From IMG/VR virus record IMGVR_UViG_3300030012_002750, positions 516 through 64,515 of that record: DNA of 64,000 nucleotides; one strand, written 5' to 3'. Below, one piece after another: positions 60,937 to 64,000 of the stretch. Every line of letters begins with the position of its first letter. The stretch's first letter is position 1. The notes beneath the pieces are model-generated. The model had not been told where the DNA came from. It saw only the letters and a program-made list of their open reading frames with translations, and did no database searches. The stretch is from a virus (Duplodnaviria > Caudoviricetes). A program made the translations under genes and the position numbers.

Positions 60937-61719
60937 ATGAATCCAATGTCGGCGTTGAAAATAGGCACAGCCATGAAAGACAAGAAGAAGCGCGCGGGTG
61001 GAGGTGGGCCACCACCACCACCACCTGCCGGAATTTTCCCCGGCGCAATAGATTCTAATAATAACCTCGACAACATTTTCGGAGTCGTGGGTCATGACTT
61101 CGCCACAGTCCAAGCAAATCTTGATGTCGCGTCTATGACGATATTAGCAATAATGGATTTGAATACTAATGCCTTAGTTTCTCCTTATTCGGGAACCAAC
61201 ATACAAGTTGCTGACTTTATAGCAAGGGGTAATAGCCAACCGGGAGGTAGTGCTATCAGTCCCGCACCGAGCATAGGTAGCGGTTATGCAGGGTTCACAT
61301 TGATAGATGGTGAAATAACTTTGAACATAGCAAACAACGGTAGCGATACAGGGATTGGAATAGGCGTATCTGCTTACAACCCTACCAATCAAAGATTTGG
61401 TGGTGCTACCCGTTTCTTTTTGAGTGTTTATCATGACGCGCTTAACTTAGTAGGAAATGGTCATTTATTCCTTGGTCCAAGTTTGACTAAGAACTTCGTT
61501 AGTGCCGGTCACGGCGTTCAAGCGGCAAGTAGTCCCGCCGCTATCATATTCCAAAACCCTCCACCTGTTGCGTCGGGTGAATTAATTTTTGAAGTGCGAG
61601 GCGTTTTACAATCAAAAAGAGCAGGTTCTCCGCATGCAACGATTCCCAGCAGTTTAAATCCCGCTACCGGTGGTTCTGTTTACGGGGGAAATGCTTATCT
61701 TAGTGTAGTGATTAATTAA
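60937..61719 (+). CDS. Hypothetical protein with GGGGPPPPPP linker; possible receptor-binding or fibre-associated protein
   Basis: 260-aa Gly/Ser/Ala-rich ORF after the fibre gene. Confidence 0.65.
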   Translation: MNPMSALKIGTAMKDKKKRAGGGGPPPPPPAGIFPGAIDSNNNLDNIFGVVGHDFATVQANLDVASMTILAIMDLNTNALVSPYSGTNIQVADFIARGNSQPGGSAISPAPSIGSGYAGFTLIDGEITLNIANNGSDTGIGIGVSAYNPTNQRFGGATRFFLSVYHDALNLVGNGHLFLGPSLTKNFVSAGHGVQAASSPAAIIFQNPPPVASGELIFEVRGVLQSKRAGSPHATIPSSLNPATGGSVYGGNAYLSVVIN

Positions 61720-61728
61720 GGTGAAAAA

Positions 61729-61884
61729 ATGTTATGGATATGGTTTTTGTTAGCAGTAGTGGCTGGATTTGTATTGACTTGGTTTTCTATGATTGACGAT
61801 AAAGATACAAATTTTATTATTTTTGACTCGGAAGAGGAACTTCAACAGGCATGTTGGAACGGATTACGGAAAGGTGTGAAGTGA
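61729..61884 (+). CDS. 51-aa single-TM membrane protein, not in the ORF track
   Basis: SD AAGGTGA; MLWIWFLLAVVAGFVLTWFSM followed by an acidic tail. Confidence 0.7.
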   Translation: MLWIWFLLAVVAGFVLTWFSMIDDKDTNFIIFDSEEELQQACWNGLRKGVK

Positions 61885-62087
61885 TGGGTAAACTGCGCGA
61901 TAGATTAAGTCAAAAATGTCCAAGTTGTGGTCAAAATGTTGTCGCGCTAAGAATTGAAGGGCGATATGTTAATGACCGTGATACGCGTGTGCTTGTATGG
62001 GAATGCCCGTTATGCCAAAGATTATGGCGCGAGTCGCGATTAAATAAACCTAAATTTAAACACCACGGAGTTGAGCAAAATGTCTAA
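61884..62087 (+). CDS. Small zinc-ribbon protein
   Basis: CPSCG...WECPLC; ATG overlaps the upstream TGA. Confidence 0.75.
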   Translation: MGKLRDRLSQKCPSCGQNVVALRIEGRYVNDRDTRVLVWECPLCQRLWRESRLNKPKFKHHGVEQNV

Positions 62088-64000
62088 AGAAAAACCAAAG
62101 AAAAGCGGCATGGTATTGATTATCGGTATGGGCGCGAAACCTAAGAAAGAAAAAGATGGTGTAAAGAAAGCAGATAAAGCAGATGAAATGACAGCCCCAC
62201 GAAAGCGTGGTGGGCTTGGTAATAAAGAGAGAAAAAGATTGTTTGCTTTCAAAAACAGATTGCGCGCAAATCCAAATGTAGTTGAAGAAACACTAAGCAA
62301 ACTCAACATACCCGAAAAAATGTTCCGTATGTATTTACAAAAAGTTGAAGGTATGACTCTTGAAGAAGCGAAGACTAAAGATACTAATTTCCCAAAGTTG
62401 ATTGATGAAGTCAAAAGAATTAACAATGCAAACTTAGGACAGTTTGATGAAGCGGGTAATATCAAAAATAAAAAATTACAAGAGTCAATGCAAAAGCAAG
62501 GGATTAGACTTAAGGATTTCAAACAATCCATAGAAGACGACCCTTTCATGAATTTCCAAGATAGAATGGCGAAACTAAGAGGTGAAAGAGGTCCGCGTGT
62601 AAAACTTGACCGCGCGCCAAGAAGAAGAGTAGGACAGAAGAAAAAGCGTAATCCGAAAGGTGATATGTTTGACATACCGAGCGACGACTCCGAAGAAGAA
62701 AAAACAAAACCCAAAACCTCTTTTAACGCGCCAATGACACCCTTAGAACAAGAACGCCGAAAAAGAACAAATAGATTATACCAACTTAAAGAACCGTATG
62801 GTTATAGGCATAGATTAGATAGCGATGAAACTTACGAAGACCTATACAGTCAAATGTTTCAAAATATAGAAGAAGCAAAAGCCAACGACCCGCGTATAAG
62901 AGATAAAAAAGATACATTCACAGACTTTGAAGGAGATTTTGAAGACGCAGAAGATAAAAAACTTAGAATGCTTGAAAGATTATTCCAAGCCAACCAATCC
63001 GACCCGACAGAAGCGGCGTTGAGAGCGTTGGGTCAAGGTGGTGGAGCAATGAGCGAACCAAAGTATCGGTTTAGAACAGTTCAAGGAAGAGTTCAAAGTC
63101 AACCATCAACTATATTCCAAGATGAGCATGTAAGTCCTTTTGCTAAATTACCATCACCTCAAGACGATGACGATATTGCAACATCTTCCGATTCGCGCAA
63201 TGTCATGGACCCAGCGTGGGTGTTGCTCAAAGGTGCTATGAAAACTATTGACTTGATAGCACAAGAAACAAACACAATGGAGGAAGCACTACAATCAATG
63301 AAAGAATCATTCCCTAACATGCCGTCGCAACAAGCAATACAACTTGTCACAGAAGCAAAGAATCAACAAGCGCGTGAAAGAATGCAAGAGCCAGTTGCTA
63401 ATATCATTGATAGTTCACCACAAGAGATGATGGATAGAAACCCCGGCATGAAAAATTTTGCATCACCAACAGGCAATCTTGATGATGTAGCAACTTCCTC
63501 CGACTCAAGAAATGTCATGGACGCGGCGTGGGCTTTGTTGAAAGGTAATCCCGAATTCCGCGACGCAGAAGGGCGCGCTATCAATCACCCTGCCGCTATG
63601 GTGTATGATAACTTAGCAAATCAAATAGATTTAGAATTTGGCAACCCAACTAACATGAGCGACGATGATGATACAAGCGCGGCAGATGTGATGGAACGAA
63701 TAAAACAAGGAGATATTGATTTTCGAGGAAAAAGACTTCTTGATACATTAAAAGATATTGCGGAGAGCGATTTTTTACACGGCACAGATAATATGAGCGG
63801 AGCGATGAGGTCGGCGAAAAATCTTCAACATAACCAAAGAGATGAATTACAACGACAAAGAGGAATCGCAAGGGATATGACACGCAATGAAATGGAGTTT
63901 GGAAACGACCCCGTAATTGGAGATAGAACCCCATCACCTCAATACGGTGTGAAAAAAAGACCAACCTTTTCAATACCACACCCTAACCCTCGCGATGGAG
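62080..64000 (+). CDS. Hypothetical protein (about 640 aa visible, 3'-truncated) with duplicated 22-aa AWxLLKG motif, not in the ORF track
   Basis: ATG 62080 (MSKEKPKKSGMVLIIGMG); the frame is still open at the window end, which explains its absence from the track. Confidence 0.8.
   Translation, partial: MSKEKPKKSGMVLIIGMGAKPKKEKDGVKKADKADEMTAPRKRGGLGNKERKRLFAFKNRLRANPNVVEETLSKLNIPEKMFRMYLQKVEGMTLEEAKTKDTNFPKLIDEVKRINNANLGQFDEAGNIKNKKLQESMQKQGIRLKDFKQSIEDDPFMNFQDRMAKLRGERGPRVKLDRAPRRRVGQKKKRNPKGDMFDIPSDDSEEEKTKPKTSFNAPMTPLEQERRKRTNRLYQLKEPYGYRHRLDSDETYEDLYSQMFQNIEEAKANDPRIRDKKDTFTDFEGDFEDAEDKKLRMLERLFQANQSDPTEAALRALGQGGGAMSEPKYRFRTVQGRVQSQPSTIFQDEHVSPFAKLPSPQDDDDIATSSDSRNVMDPAWVLLKGAMKTIDLIAQETNTMEEALQSMKESFPNMPSQQAIQLVTEAKNQQARERMQEPVANIIDSSPQEMMDRNPGMKNFASPTGNLDDVATSSDSRNVMDAAWALLKGNPEFRDAEGRAINHPAAMVYDNLANQIDLEFGNPTNMSDDDDTSAADVMERIKQGDIDFRGKRLLDTLKDIAESDFLHGTDNMSGAMRSAKNLQHNQRDELQRQRGIARDMTRNEMEFGNDPVIGDRTPSPQYGVKKRPTFSIPHPNPRDG
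63169..63546 (+). repeat. Two copies of a 66-nt/22-aa direct repeat (63169-63234 and 63481-63546)
   Basis: DDIATSSDSRNVMDPAWVLLKG versus DDVATSSDSRNVMDAAWALLKG, 19/22 identical with many synonymous differences. Confidence 0.9.

Larger units (their letters stand above)
1..64000 (+). mobile_element. Tailed dsDNA virus genome segment (packaging, head and tail modules), probably an archaeal virus of magrovirus type
   Basis: Gene order TerL-portal-protease-MCP-adaptor-tail tube-chaperone-tape measure-tail tip; near-uniform + strand coding with abutting or overlapping genes; frequent (GA)GGTGA Shine-Dalgarno motifs; no cellular housekeeping genes. Host assignment is inferred. Confidence 0.9.

Noticed and set aside
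63169-63546. Direct repeats as a CRISPR array or DGR template/variable repeat
   Set aside because: Only two copies, both in frame, differences are mostly synonymous rather than adenine-specific, and no reverse transcriptase or cas genes are present.
41-63979. Numerous short minus-strand and alternate-frame ORFs in the track
   Set aside because: They shadow long + strand genes, lack SD motifs and have no recognisable domains; only 9639-9947 was retained.
1-64000. tRNA, rRNA or CRISPR loci
   Set aside because: No intergenic gap shows a cloverleaf or repeat-spacer pattern by eye; a tRNAscan or Infernal run would be needed to exclude small RNAs.

Overview
The whole window reads as one gene-dense, almost entirely + strand segment of a large tailed dsDNA virus (Caudoviricetes, siphovirus-like, no sheath gene seen). 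It covers the packaging, head and tail modules: terminase large subunit, portal, HK97-type prohead protease/scaffold, major capsid protein, adaptor, tail tube, tail chaperone with a -1 frameshift, tape measure, a 5162-aa LamG-bearing protein and tail fibres. GGTGA-type ribosome binding sites, apparently leaderless TATA-like starts and a halovirus/magrovirus-style portal and capsid point to an archaeal host, most plausibly Marine Group II (Poseidoniales); this is inference, not a database result. Most interesting signals: (1) a six-gene membrane cassette built around an Arf/Sar1-like small GTPase (6503-9698), a candidate viral membrane-remodelling or egress system; (2) a short 'AWxxLK / hydrophobic-hydrophobic-K' tag shared by many unrelated ORFs, a candidate capsid-targeting and maturation-protease signal; (3) an ATP-dependent DNA ligase fold lacking its catalytic residues, fused to a 1989-aa head-module protein; (4) a nested scaffold start and a second scaffold-like gene sharing an MSW(D/E)(D/E)xH motif; (5) apparent avoidance of several palindromes. 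Both window ends fall inside ORFs. No rRNA, tRNA or CRISPR array was recognised.
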